In this document: piece after piece, positions 23,092-36,072 of the stretch
Position numbering within the stretch: the first letter of the stretch is position 1
How the letters are laid out: every line of letters begins with the position of its first letter
From: Adineta vaga
Lineage: Eukaryota > Animalia > Rotifera
DNA length: 64,000 nucleotides
Reading direction: 5' to 3'
NCBI GenBank assembly: GCA_021613535.1
Contig: CP075493.1
Location: 12,586,001 to 12,650,000, forward strand
Notes under the pieces: generated by a model
What the model was told of the DNA's origin: nothing
The model's database searches: none
Seen by the model: the letters and a program-made list of their open reading frames with translations, nothing else
Program-made: the position numbers and the translations under genes

Positions 23092-25107
23092 TTAATCTGA
23101 TGAAGAGATTACAGTTGAGTGTTGTATCATAACATCGATTAAACATTGAGCTTCTGGTGGAATAGCTCGTGGAACTTTGAGTTGTTCTAAGTGAGAACCA
23201 CGGGCTATTTGAGCTAAAAGATATCACAAGATTTCGCTTATTCATAATGTATAGGTATCATCTTACCTCTTTGCAAAACATGAAATGCTCCTTTTCGACA
23301 TATACGAATATGGAGAGGTTGAAGACATGCCATCTCACGAAATTCGACGTAGAATGTATTTTTAGTGCACAAACCCGTATCAATCTGTGCCGCAAATATT
23401 GACCAATCCATCTCTTCTAGTTCTTGTTCACTAGGACTTGGTGTCAACTCGATAAAAACAGTATAATAAAATGAACAATCACGGTTGATTGATGTAGCGC
23501 AATAATCAACTAATGCTCGTTGAGGCCCAACATTGTTTGTTTTGTTCAGCTCATTGATTGCTTCTAGAATGGATTGCATAAGTTGTTCTTCAGTTACTTT
23601 CTCGCCAAAATGATTAAGAAGAGCACCTCGACGGTAGCAAAGTTGAAAGACTGGTACTGATCCGACGACCGTTGAATCAAGTTCAACGTATTTGATCACA
23701 TCACCCATCCGATAGCGATAGAGACCATTCCAATTAGTTGTAACAATTTCGTATGGTCGATCTATATATTGAATTAAAGTAATAGTTAACAGAATTTGAT
23801 TTCATCTTACTTATTTCAGCGGCATCAATCGAGATGCACTGAGGATTTTCTACGAACCATTGATCTTCAGGTAACAGTTCCGTATAACCATACAGAATGG
23901 CATGGTGAAATCGATTGATAGCTGTATAGTTTTCTTGTATACCAAGAAGAGCTTCGGAAGCAGCATAGTTTTCTCCGAGACAATGTACATCTTCACCAAC
24001 AATCATCTCTAATTTAGCACAGTGATGTTCAAATGTAGTTGCTGCAGCTGACTGTGTAATGAGTAAACCTGGAAAGAGTAATTTTCCCCAACCAACAGGC
24101 AATACATCATGATTCATTATATTTTCAATTGTTCGAGCTAGATCTTCGTCAGGTGGTTGTAAAAGTGCAATCAATTTATTACGCAGTTCTTCTGGTATTG
24201 ATTTCCATATAGGAGAATTTTCTGTGTCTGGTTGACCAGTACGTATATCATGCACGATTTCACGCCATTTCATCTGTATCATATCGAATAGAAGAATGAT
24301 GCTCGTAATGAATATACCAACAATAGTACGCACATGACGACCATTCTTTAAACCAAACAGTATATGCATATAGTAAGGTTCCATAAGACCATAGTCCAAT
24401 ACTTCATATGCTTCTGGTGGTGATGCATAACGCCAGATTGGTGAAAAAGAGCAATCTACAGAGAAAGCCATACCAGATGTGTCTTGCAATTGTTTCAAGT
24501 AATGTATATGCTCCTTCATCACTTCATAAGTGTACATTGTAATTGAACCGATAAATTTTCCATCTGATGCTACTTTCATAGAATCTTGACTGTAGAGAAA
24601 TAGTTCTCTGCTTTCAACATCGAACAATTGTGGATATTTTTTATTCAATACGTAGGCTTAATCATTCATTTGTGTTTGAATAATACGCATGCCTTGTTTA
24701 TGAACAGCAAATCTTTTGGATTTACTAGTAGTTCCAGTAGTTTCAGCATATAAAAGTACTTTATCGGATGGTATAAGAAGATCAAATTCCAGTTTATTAT
24801 TGATCATTTGATTGACATAATCTTCAATTTGTTTGTATGTTGAAACTGGTACACTCGATGTAAATAAAGTTACAAGTCGATCATCATTACCATCTGATAA
24901 ACGTAACATATCATTTAAATGATGCATTTGACCAACGACGGTATCTTTAAGTTCTGTTAAAACTATACGTAACTGCTGTTTATTTGTTAGATATGTATTT
25001 TTCGTCAAGTGTTTAATTTCTTCGTGTGTTCTTGCCCATTTTGTTAACTGTTGATCGAACCAAAGTTGATAAAGTGCTGTTGCATTATCATGATTCCAAG
25101 CCATCAT
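23092..25107 (-). pseudogene. GH3-family acyl-acid amido synthetase-like gene with one in-frame TAA (24658-24660)
   Basis: ETTGTTSKSKRF (P-loop-like motif), YAASEA, GLYRYRMGDVI, GEKVTE, QLKVPR; introns 23762-23810 and 23214-23266; ORFs 24658-25107 and 23734-24648 share a frame, separated only by TAA GCC TAC GTA. Confidence 0.85.
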
Positions 25108-25324
25108 GTACGTAGACCGTTTGTTGAATTACCTTCTCTTTATCTACAATATTAAATAGAATGTCAATTGCTTCTTCCTCATACTCTTTCGTTTTTTTGT
25201 CATTTCGAAAGTCATGTTTCGATAGGAAGATCCAGATCGTATTTCTATCAATTGCATCAATTGCATACAGATCATAATGTAAGCAAAAAAAATATAAGTG
25301 AAAAAAAACGGATGTGGGTGTGAT

Positions 25325-28300
25325 CTACGGTTCTCTTACACATTGTAATGATTTGTAATAGAAGCCTTTTTTCATTATTAATTGATGATGTGTTCCACTT
25401 TCGATAATATAACCATGATGAAGAACACAAATCAAATCAGCATCTTGAATAGTCGATAGACGATGTGCGACAACAACCGAAGTACGACCAATCAGTGTTT
25501 TAGCCAATGCTTCTGTTACAATCTAAATCATCAATTCTTCTAAGTTTTCAGCCATTCTGTATGAATAATATTCTACCTTTTCACTTTCATTATCCAGTGC
25601 TGATGTTGCTTCATCAAGTAAAATTACTTTTGGATTTCGAATCAATACTCGACCGATTGCTATACGTTGTTTTTCACCACCTGATAGTTGATTACCTTTG
25701 GAACCAACACATGTTTGATAGCCCTATTACAATAAAAGTAAGGTTTTCATTTAAGAGCAAGAAAACGTTTTCAAGAATTACTTGAGGTAATTGTTGAATA
25801 AAATCATGGATATTAGCTTGTTTTGCTGCTTCAATAATTTCATCCATTGACACATGCCGAGATAAGTCTCCATATGCAAGATTTTCTGCAATGGATGCAT
25901 TGAAAAGAATCGGTTCTTGTGTCACTAATCCAATTTGAGAACGCCACCAATTTAAATCCATATCTCGAAGATCTTGCGAATCAATTAACTATAGATAGAA
26001 AAAAATCATCGAACGATGAGATAAACATTCACAAAGTTCTTTTCGTACTATTGATCCATTTTGAACATGATAAAATCGTTCGAGAAGATGAAAGAGTGTA
26101 CTTTTTCCACTTCCACTGCTGCCTACGCGATAATGTATTTCATTCTATTGTCTATTTTCCATCGTATAAACTTACCTACTAATGCAATTCGTTGTCCTAA
26201 AAAGATTCCGAAAAAACGTATTAAAATATCGAAAAAGAATTCATTCATACCAGTTTGAATATTCAGATTGAAATTATTCAATATCGACACGGATGGTCGT
26301 GTTGGATAAGCGAAACTCACATCTTTGAATTGAAGATCACCAATGTAATTTTTCTATAGAAAAAAGAATGTTCATTATAAAATATTCTCAACATTGATTT
26401 CAATTCGACGAACTAATTTTAAACCATGGGAACCAATAGAAATAGTTGGATCTCGAGCAAATAATACGAGCAATTTTCGTGCAGCTGAAACAGCTTTACC
26501 ATAATCAGGTGCTCTTTATAGATATAAATGTACAATAGATTCATTATTACTCTACACTTACAATGCAACATTTTCTCCAACAATTTGAGCTCCAAATATG
26601 ATACAATTGAAAATTCTACGACAAACAAAGCATAATTTTATCTTCGGATATGAAAAGTGCATTCTTACATTAAAACATCTTTGAATGTCATAATATTTTG
26701 TTCGACTAAGATTCCACCATAGAAAAATACAGCTGCCATAGCAAAAAATATAGTCGATGATGTAGAACTGTAAATAAGAGAAAAGACAAAGATGCGTTTC
26801 AATGATGATCTAAACACGAAAGAGAGAGATATGATTGATCATTGATTATTGTATTGAATAAACCTGTAAGGAATATCTAGTAGTTGACAATAATTATTGA
26901 GAAAATGTTCTTCAATCATCAATTGTCTAACTGTACGAATATTCTCCAATGTTTCTGTAACTAGCTGAAAATTAAAAGTTTCATATTAATTGATGAATAG
27001 GACTATGGGAATAAAAAAAACACCAACTGCTCCGGCACGTTCGAAAGATTGACTATCTTGAGTAAAGAATCCTTGCATAAGATAAGTTTGTAGTAGGGCA
27101 CCAATTAATATAAATGGAATGAAAGCAAGAGCAATCAAAGTTAACCTCCATCCAAATAGAAACGCAATAATTATTCCAATACCTAAATTAGCAAAACTGG
27201 ACAAGATCGTTCCCAGTCGAATTCCTGCAACCTATGCAATTTATTCTCAAATGAGTTACACGAGTATAGTTGTAATTTAAATCTACGTACTCCTTGAACA
27301 GCGGAAGTATCTGTTGATAAACGTGTACAAAGTACACCAGTATTATTATCGGAATGATCGAACCAAGTTATTTCTTGTCGTAAAATTGTTTGAAATGCTC
27401 GTGTTCGTAGACGTTTTGTTAAAGATTCACCTGAATAAGCAAATATAAAGTCCTGAAAAGAGGATAAGAATAACATATTGCGATAGTTAATTGTTCAAGT
27501 CAAATATTTGAATACTTGGGTAAACATTGTTAGAAAAGTAAGAATAGCTAAGAGAATGAAGCAGATAACATAAAATTTGATTTCCTTATCTTGAACTTCT
27601 GTATCACATTCTTGATAAACCTTTAAATGGAGAAATTATTTTATTTAGGCAAAAAAAACTTTCAGTATACCGTTATGATTTCACTTAGTAAAACAGATGT
27701 TAATGGTTCAAGACCTCCATTATAAACAGATGCTAATGTACCGATAACAATCGACGGTAATTCAGGTCGATTCAATTTCAATATAGCCAATGATGGCCAA
27801 CGCTTAAGAAAAATCAAAAAGATTTCATATGAATTTCCAAATGAAAACGAAAATATCTTACAGTTTTCTTTTCGATATCGTCTGTAGTTGTCGATCTATT
27901 CTTTGTAAATGTAGTAAGTTCATTGTCAGATGTCGAATCATCGAAATCTTCTGAAAAATTCAAATTCGACATCAATAACTGTGATTCATCGTCATCAATA
28001 TGTTCTTCTAATAGTTGAGCTTTCACAAGATGATAATAGGTTGATCGATAACTCATCAATGTTTCATGATCGCCTTCTTCAATTACGGAACCATTATCAA
28101 GAACAATGATCTTCTGTGCATGACGCACTGTAGATAGTCGATGAGCAACTATAATTGTAGTTCTATCTACACAATAGATGAAATAGAACAGAGAGAAATT
28201 TCAATCGAAAAATACCTTTCGATAGATTTTTTAATACTTCTTGAACTATTTTTTCACTTTGATTATCGAGTGCACTTGTAGCTTCATCCAATAATAATAA

Positions 28301-30347
28301 TATCGGATTCTTTATCAATGCTCGTGCAATAACGATACGTTGTCGTTCACCACCAGACAACTGTGTACCACGTTCACCAACGATCGTGTTATAAGCCTTA
28401 ATACAATATACACCTCTAACATTTTCATAGTTTCAAATCACATACTTCAGGTAAAGACATGATAAAATTATGAGCATTGGCTGCCATAGCTGCTGTTTGA
28501 ATTTCATCAAATGTCGCATTCGGTTGACCGTATTTAATATTTTCCAAAATTGTTGTAGAAAAAAGAATCTAAACAAAGATCAAACTGATTTGTATTGTAC
28601 TTTTGAAAACAATACGTACAGATTCTTGATTGACAACACCTATGTTTTGACTTAATTCTTGTGAATTAAACTGTTCAATTGGTTTATCATCAAGTAAAAT
28701 TTGTCCTTCAGCAGGTTTATAGAATTGTTGTAATAATTGCATACATGTCGATTTACCTATAATGAAACAAATGAAGAGATTTTCGAAATGTATGAAAAAT
28801 TAATCATCCTACCACATCCACTCGTGCCTACTAGGGCTATTGTTTCACCAGATGTGGCTTCAAAATTCAATCCATGAAGAACATTTTTATCTGGTCGTAA
28901 TGGATACGAGAAATGAACATTATCAAATTTAACTCTTCCACAAAATTTCTTCTGCGACTTTTTCGTATTCATTACACATGTTGATTTTTTCTAAAGACAA
29001 ATTCAATATAATTATTAACTACGAAGAAATGTTTCGTTATACCAAATGAAGAATGTCTTGTATCGAAACAGCCGCAATCATAGCTTGATGAATTGATTGA
29101 CGGTATGTTCCTGTTTGTCCAAGTGAAAATATCGCCACAATAACAGATAAAAATACCTAATTATCTGTGTATGTACATTATCGTTAATATATGCGTATAA
29201 ACTTACAAGAAAAACATTGGCAATATTGTAGGTTTCATTCTGAATTAATCGATGCCCATACCAGAAAGCAAGTGCATAAGAACATAAGAGAACGGTATAC
29301 ATCGAACCGGAGAGTAATCCAGCGATTACTCCTTTGTTTATACCTTGTTGATAAACGAATTCAATTTCTTTTTCATACCTTAATCAAAAGAAAAAAAATC
29401 AGCAATTTGAATAAAAACAAACTACCGTGCTTGTTCATGTTCAACACCATTAAATGAGAAAACGGTGCGTATATTACTAAAGACTTCTTCCGCGATTGTA
29501 CCAGCACGTTCATATGCTTGTAATTCTTGTGTAATTACTTTCGAAGTCATCTAATAAAGCATGGAAAATTACTATTGTCTCGTTTCTCACAGAAATGTAT
29601 ATATATTTACTTTTGATGAAATCAAAAGAACAATCCAAAGAATAGGTGCTAATGAAAGTATGACTAATGTCATTTTCCAACCATAAATGAATCCTATCGT
29701 CATACCAATGATAAATTTCGATAGAAATTGAATAGTTAAACCAAGTTTTTCACCAATACCATCGTGAATTTTATTGATATTACTAAAACATTAAAATAGA
29801 ATAGTATTACGACGAAAACGACTTACTTATTGAGAATCGTTGTTAATTCGCCCGTTGTATGTATATCAAAATAAGATATCTCGGCTTGTAGAAGAATACG
29901 AAAAACGTTTTCTCGTAGTTTTCTTATTTGACGTTCACATGATAAAGCAAAAGTGCTTGTCTGTACAAAAGTTAAGACTATCGAAATGCAACCAATACCT
30001 ATAAACAAAAGAAATCTGTTGTTTATTGAAAACCAAAAGTTTAGTATACCGCTAAGATATAATGCTTGAAGATGCAGTTTTTCTCGAAAATTAATGGTAC
30101 TTGAACTGAAATGACATGCATTACTTTATATCGATGTTGATATTTATTGTCATTACCTCGATGATTGTTCAGTAAAATTTAATTGACAAAGATTACTTGG
30201 TTGATCAAGAAATGTTCCGATCATAGTGGAAAGAAAATAGGCAATCAATGGTTCAATAGCACCATGACCAATAGCACTCAGTACACCAATGAGTAATAGG
30301 AAAATATCAAATCGAGTTGTGTAATGAAATAGATTCATTTTTTCCAT
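25325..30347 (-). CDS. ABCB-family full transporter (P-glycoprotein/MDR-like), many exons
   Basis: Two TMDs and two NBDs: GTSGCGKST / LSGGERQR / [11 protein letters not shown] and GSSGSGKST / LSGGEKQR / [16 protein letters not shown]; many short introns. Confidence 0.95.
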
Positions 30348-30650
30348 CGGTATTGATTGATTGAATGAAATATGAAAATAAACGCCACGTCTTTTGAGAA
30401 TATATAGATATTGTTAGTTTTCCTTCCTTTTTATCAAAGGTCATTTCAATGAGATCAAACTGATAAGGAAATGACGAATAACAATGATCAATTCTAATAT
30501 CAAAGGTTACAAAAGTCACTTCCGTACGTATATGTAATGAAATCGTTTGCCAATATCTTACTCATATTTTTTCGTACCAAGCTTCTGAAAAAGGAAGTGT
30601 AATAGGAAAATACCACTAGATCACTGATATATAGAGTGATGTGAAATAAA

Positions 30651-32441
30651 ATGTTTAGTTTAAAAATCATGTTTTCATCAAATACAATTTATAATTCTGA
30701 TCTGAGTACGTATCATCTATTTCATCAATTGGAAGGAGAATTTAATCAGTATTTATCAACTGTTGATTGGCGAAATAATTCATCGAAAGAATATTTTGAA
30801 ATTTCATCCGATTTTGTACGAAATATTATCTATCCAAAAATGAAACAAGAAGCAGAAATATTAGCTGAAAAACTAGCGAAAAATGCAAGTATGCAAAAAG
30901 ATCGATGGAGATCATATTCATGTACAACACTAATTCATCAAATTATGGAAATTTTATTCAATAAATGTATTCGTCGTGGTTCGGTTCCAACTAATAAAAA
31001 CGATTTATCCATTCGTGAACAATTAATTAAAGATGCTCTACTAAGTAATCATGGTCTAAGATTTTCTATTCTTATGTTACCAAATCGAGATTTAAATAAA
31101 GCAAAGAATGATGGTTATCTGCCAGATTTAGGAGAAACTATTGTACTTTTACAATTATGGTCTATTATTAAAGCTATGTTATTAGTAACAGAGAAATATT
31201 CTCATTTATTAATAACAATATTTAATAAAATTAATCCATCTGTGCGAACAATTGTCGATATACAAGATAATATTAAACATATGATAAAACCAAAAATACA
31301 TGATAATAATAATCGTTCCGAATATTTGAATAATGGTAGCCGAATGGATCGTTTAAGAGATGAATTAAATCGAAATTACGATATAATCAATAATGAAAAA
31401 GCTGAATTACTCATACGTGAATTAGCTCGTTGTAATCGTACATTTCTTTGGTTTTTACAATCGATTGAAGAAGTTTTTCAAATTCAAACGAAATCAATTC
31501 GTCTTTTTGTTGTACAAGATGCTCATCGATATCCATGTTTTGATACTGATTCGAAAGAACACATCGAAGCGTATTCAACATATTTAAAACAAATAGCATT
31601 AGAATTGAATATTCATGAACATATTATCTTAACATCACATGCAAATTTAGAACGTGAATATTCATATCAACAAAATTTACAGATGTTTATTCAGCTAAGA
31701 AATGAAATTTATTGTGAAAATTTTGAAAAATATTCCTTTCCATTTTATCAACGAAAAACTGATTTATTTGCTTGTAAAACACGTGAAAGTTTTTTAAATT
31801 TAATCGATCAACTTTCATTGAATAAGAATATTTCACAATTGATCGAACCAATCTTACATGGACGAAATCATCCCGAATTAATAAATGCACAACTTTCAGT
31901 CAGTGATGAATTATTACTTTTAGCTCAAATCTATCAACCACAAACAAACAGTCAAAAACGTGAATTATTGAGACAAGACTTATTATTTTCAAGTTTAATC
32001 AATGCGATTAAATATTCATGTGCATACGAATCACAAACAGCAACAAAGAATAAATATCAACTCGATGATATACAACTTTTGTTGCCGGATACAGTTCGTT
32101 TAAGTATTCATAATAAACCATCAAATTGTGGACAATTTCTTATAAAATGTGGTCCAAATTTACATCGACAACCATGGCATGGAACGGCTGGACTACGATT
32201 AAGATCTAATAAATCATCACATTTCATGACATACGAAATTCGATTAAGTTTTGAATATAAAATTAATAATTATATTCCAATATTTATTAAGAAAGAATCA
32301 ATAATCAATGAAAATTATCTATCAAATTTAGTATCTATTCATCAACCAATTGTTTGGATTCATAAAGATTTAATTCAAACGTATGTGAATGATGATCTTC
32401 ATCGAATTTTTGATCGAACAAATCATATTCGAATGATTTAG
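30651..32441 (+). CDS. Dit1/PvcA-like isocyanide (isonitrile) synthase family protein, intronless, divergent
   Basis: Ordered motifs N-x2-K-x2-G-x-LPDLGE-x3-L-x2-L, VRLSIH and PWHG match the PvcA/IsnA/Dit1 signature order; the PAFP-x-KS and SDG motifs are divergent (LMLPNRD, QDAH). Confidence 0.65.
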   Translation: MFSLKIMFSSNTIYNSDLSTYHLFHQLEGEFNQYLSTVDWRNNSSKEYFEISSDFVRNIIYPKMKQEAEILAEKLAKNASMQKDRWRSYSCTTLIHQIMEILFNKCIRRGSVPTNKNDLSIREQLIKDALLSNHGLRFSILMLPNRDLNKAKNDGYLPDLGETIVLLQLWSIIKAMLLVTEKYSHLLITIFNKINPSVRTIVDIQDNIKHMIKPKIHDNNNRSEYLNNGSRMDRLRDELNRNYDIINNEKAELLIRELARCNRTFLWFLQSIEEVFQIQTKSIRLFVVQDAHRYPCFDTDSKEHIEAYSTYLKQIALELNIHEHIILTSHANLEREYSYQQNLQMFIQLRNEIYCENFEKYSFPFYQRKTDLFACKTRESFLNLIDQLSLNKNISQLIEPILHGRNHPELINAQLSVSDELLLLAQIYQPQTNSQKRELLRQDLLFSSLINAIKYSCAYESQTATKNKYQLDDIQLLLPDTVRLSIHNKPSNCGQFLIKCGPNLHRQPWHGTAGLRLRSNKSSHFMTYEIRLSFEYKINNYIPIFIKKESIINENYLSNLVSIHQPIVWIHKDLIQTYVNDDLHRIFDRTNHIRMI

Positions 32442-32619
32442 AGTTTCTTTTTTTTTTCATTGGAAAAGCGAGCCATTGCATCTATTTAGACGAAAGAAAA
32501 GGAATCTTTTCTTCTATAAAGAAATATTATACAACAATTACAAAAGAAAAAGAAGATATCGAAAATGAATCGTTGTTGAATAAATGTTTTTGTTTCTTTT
32601 GTTTTGTAAATGAATCTTT

Positions 32620-32838
32620 TTATGTCGATCTACATCCACAACCATGACAACAGATAATTAGAAGTACAGTTGATATAATTCCACTACTACCAGCAACTAG
32701 AGATAGTATAGTCAGAAATTCCGAACGTTCACAATTAACTGGTTTATGAATATAATGTATAGCAAAGCTGATTTGTGTTATGCATATACCAATTGTAATG
32801 AAACACAGAATACCAAGGAGAATCGTTTTACAACACAT
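32620..32838 (-). CDS. Small two-TM Cys-rich membrane protein (72 aa)
   Basis: ATG-started ORF with two hydrophobic helices; resembles the N-terminal half of the 34810-35473 gene. Confidence 0.5.
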   Translation of the reverse strand: MCCKTILLGILCFITIGICITQISFAIHYIHKPVNCERSEFLTILSLVAGSSGIISTVLLIICCHGCGCRST

Positions 32839-33003
32839 TCTTATTTTGATGAAAATGTTTATTAAAATGAAAATCTTATCATATCAACTGCAAATACATG
32901 TGCGCATGATGAGTAAGAATTTGTTTTTATCTTCTTCCTTTTTGTAGAAGAAAATATATATTATACAAGAGTAAAACATGATAGATATGAGAAAAAGATA
33001 AAA

Positions 33004-33671
33004 TCACTTGTGATAAGTACCAACAAAACCGGTTAAAGAATTCACAGGTGTATTGGCATTTTTCAACCAACAGTTGAGTCTTTGCCATTCATCTGTATTA
33101 TTTGGATAACCCCAAGTAAATCCACGACAATTCCCGTTTGTTAAACATAGATTGCAACAACTTGCATAGGTTTGTTGAGGATAGTTCTCCAAGTAATCAG
33201 GACCACCAACATCAGCATTGTGTGCAATATTCATATTTCCACATTTCCATGGATCTTTGACAAAAAACAAAAAAATAGAATTTTCATTTCCATCGATCGA
33301 ACGAAATAAACGTTTCAGATATTAAATCAATACTCACCCATCGGAAATCTTGTATCTGTAATTGCAATCATAGTATCAGTATCATTATCAACCAACATAT
33401 TAGCAATTTCTTTGGAAATATCAGTAAATAATTGACAGTTGAAAGTTGTTCGATGAAAACTAAGAGCTTCACATTGATTTTGAGCTAGACAAGCTAGTTC
33501 ACATTCGAAACTATTTAGTTCAGTGAGATCACTAAATGGTAAACAAGTTGTTTGAGCACAAGAAAATTTCCTATCAATTATTGAGAACATTTGAATCGAT
33601 CGGAAATCTTCTTCAACTGACTGACTAATTGTCATAAATAGTAGCAAGAAACACTCCATTTGCAAAGACAT
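33004..33671 (-). CDS. Secreted protein with two PAN/Apple-like domains, 2 exons
   Basis: Signal peptide; CELACLAQNQCEALSF...CQLF and CCNLCLTNGNCRGFTW...CWLKN; 83-nt intron 33255-33337 joins the frames (FPM-DPWKC). Confidence 0.8.
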
Positions 33672-33954
33672 AATCAAGAAATTCTTAAAAAGAATATTTT
33701 TTGAACATGTGTGTTAGATGTAGATACTATTTTATTCTTTCTTTTCTTTCCGTGATTTAATTAAGAAAACAAAGTCGGCGATTGTTATTCTTTATTCTAT
33801 AATTCATCAAACAAAAATATCATTCTAAAGATATTCTCTAAGAAGTTCACACAAGGATATGTGAGTATAAATAGATGATGGTCTCTTATTTATTTTACCT
33901 TCACACCTACTCATTCTACCGCAATACTCTCGAAAACATATCGAATATAAATTA

Positions 33955-34560
33955 TAATTTCTGTTGCACCCGCTCAGAGTTATTTCGATACGTTTCTAAC
34001 AACGAAGGGTTTGAGGATAATGATTGTCGTTCAATTTCCATAGTACGTTGAAAGAAATACCGAAGTATTGATCATAGACAGGAAAAACAGTTTGATAAAT
34101 TTCAAGACATTTTTCGTAATAAGAGAGTGCTGTCGAATAATTACCCATAATGGAATATATTGAACCAATGTCGTTGTAGGATTTAGCTAAATCAAGATGA
34201 TTGGAAGGAAGCGATTGTTCTCGAATCTCAAGAATTTTGTTGTGATGACGATATGTGCCTTTTTATATTTACACATATTTAGATACATACTACTGATTAG
34301 CAGCCAATGATTGTTGTTGAATTTTGATCACATGTTCAAGAAATAGAAGTGCTTTTGGATGTTGATTCATTGAAAAATATGTTAAACCGAGGTCATTCTA
34401 GGACAAAGCTAAACTAGGACCATCAGGCGAAAGAGCTTTTTTTTGTTATATTTTATTGCCTCTTGATATTTTTGTTGCATATCTTTAACCGAGCCAATTC
34501 GATGGTAAACTGTTGCTTCTTCCAACTCATCTGTTATCTCACTGAGTAGATACCAAGAGG
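33955..34560 (-). pseudogene. Degraded TPR-repeat gene fragment
   Basis: Minus-strand ILEIREQSLPSNHLDLAKSYNDIGSIYSIMGNYSTALSYYEKCLEI and a terminal ...LETYRNNSERVQQKL* resemble the TPR array at 11964-15551; frameshifted. Confidence 0.75.
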
Positions 34561-34809
34561 GGAAAAGCGAGACAACCATACTTCCGAGATACTTTGAAGT
34601 ACGGAAGTCTCGCTTTTCCCTCCATGTCACCCACCCACACCCATTTAAAAAATTCATCCAGTTGTATAGGTGAATAAAGTATTTAACACATTGTATAGAT
34701 TATAGTGTGTTTAATTCGTATCAGTTTCATAATCACAAATTCAGTGTGAAAAAGAAAAATATGAGAATTATTCTAAACAGTTTATCCATGAACATTTATT
34801 GATGAGTAC

Positions 34810-35473
34810 TTAATTATCATCATCATCATCATGTGAACATAGAATGGCAAGGCAAGATACACAACATATGCAACAGCATACTAAACCTATGCAAGAATAA
34901 GAAAAAATAATTATACCAAAAATAAAATTAAACATCTGTTTTTCGCAGTAAGTGTTCAGCATGGAATCGTTGAATTGAACAGTAGGTTTAACTTTAAAAA
35001 CCCAAACGCTACCCTAATCAATATTTTATTAAGACAATAATATATTTAATTACATAATTTGACTTACAAGAATCAACCAGACGAATGCAAAGAGGCCGAA
35101 AGGTGCATTGATTAGTTTTACACATAGATCACATCCTTTTTCTGCCACTTCTGATGAACAACATAAACATTTTATAATTGCCTAATCCAAATACAGAAAT
35201 ATTATAGAATCCGATTATAATTAATCGAATGATTTAACATACTCCAACGATTGTTATTAGACTAGTCGTAATTCCAATTGAACCATAAACAATTAACCAT
35301 GTTGGAATCTTTGTTTGTATAGGGCATTCAGATTTTCTTGCTATGCCGACCCATAAGGAAGCAATTGATAAACTGGAGAGTACTAATGTAAAAACAATTT
35401 GAAATATTGTCTTATACATAGTAGTGACATGTCTGCTAAAAGTTTCAGCAAGATTTCTTACACCTTTCCCCAT
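34810..35473 (-). CDS. Four-TM membrane protein (TMEM272-like), 3 exons
   Basis: ECPIQTKIPTWLIVYG, FVWLIL/GSVWVF, YCEKQMFNF motifs; Cys-rich and poly-Asp tail; two short introns. Confidence 0.7.
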
Positions 35474-36072
35474 TTTAATGGTCAAAATTGCCCTAAAATA
35501 AATAATAGATAGAATCTTGAGGAAGAGAGTGTGAGTGTAAATGTGGATGCGATTATTTTTTTTTTCAATCAAATTCATATCCTTAGTTTTAATGAAGTTA
35601 TTAAAATGAAATGTAATGGATCCGAATAAGATGAAACTGGGACGAATTGTTAACTGAAGAAATTCAAGGTGATGGATTATAATTAAAACGAACTGACACG
35701 TAGGGATACTGTAGATATTTCTGAAAGTTTTTGAAAAATAAATGTCGAAATTCGCGTTACGAAACTCTTTTTAAAGGTAGATAACAAACTCTAACTATGT
35801 GTAATTTATTACGATGAAAATTCCGCGAAAACTACATACTCAGTTATTCGATGTTTTATGTTAACTTAAGAGCCCATATTTACCTGAAAAGACATGTGAA
35901 GCAGTATCGCTCTTATCTCATCGTTTTTTTACAACTTGGAAGAAAACGTTACTCATACATGAGAACACTTTGTTTGGATGATATACATAGCAAACGATAG
36001 AGATCACGTTAAATAAGAAAAAAAAATAAATCTTTAACAAATCAGAGACCATATTTACTATCAGTTTTTACA

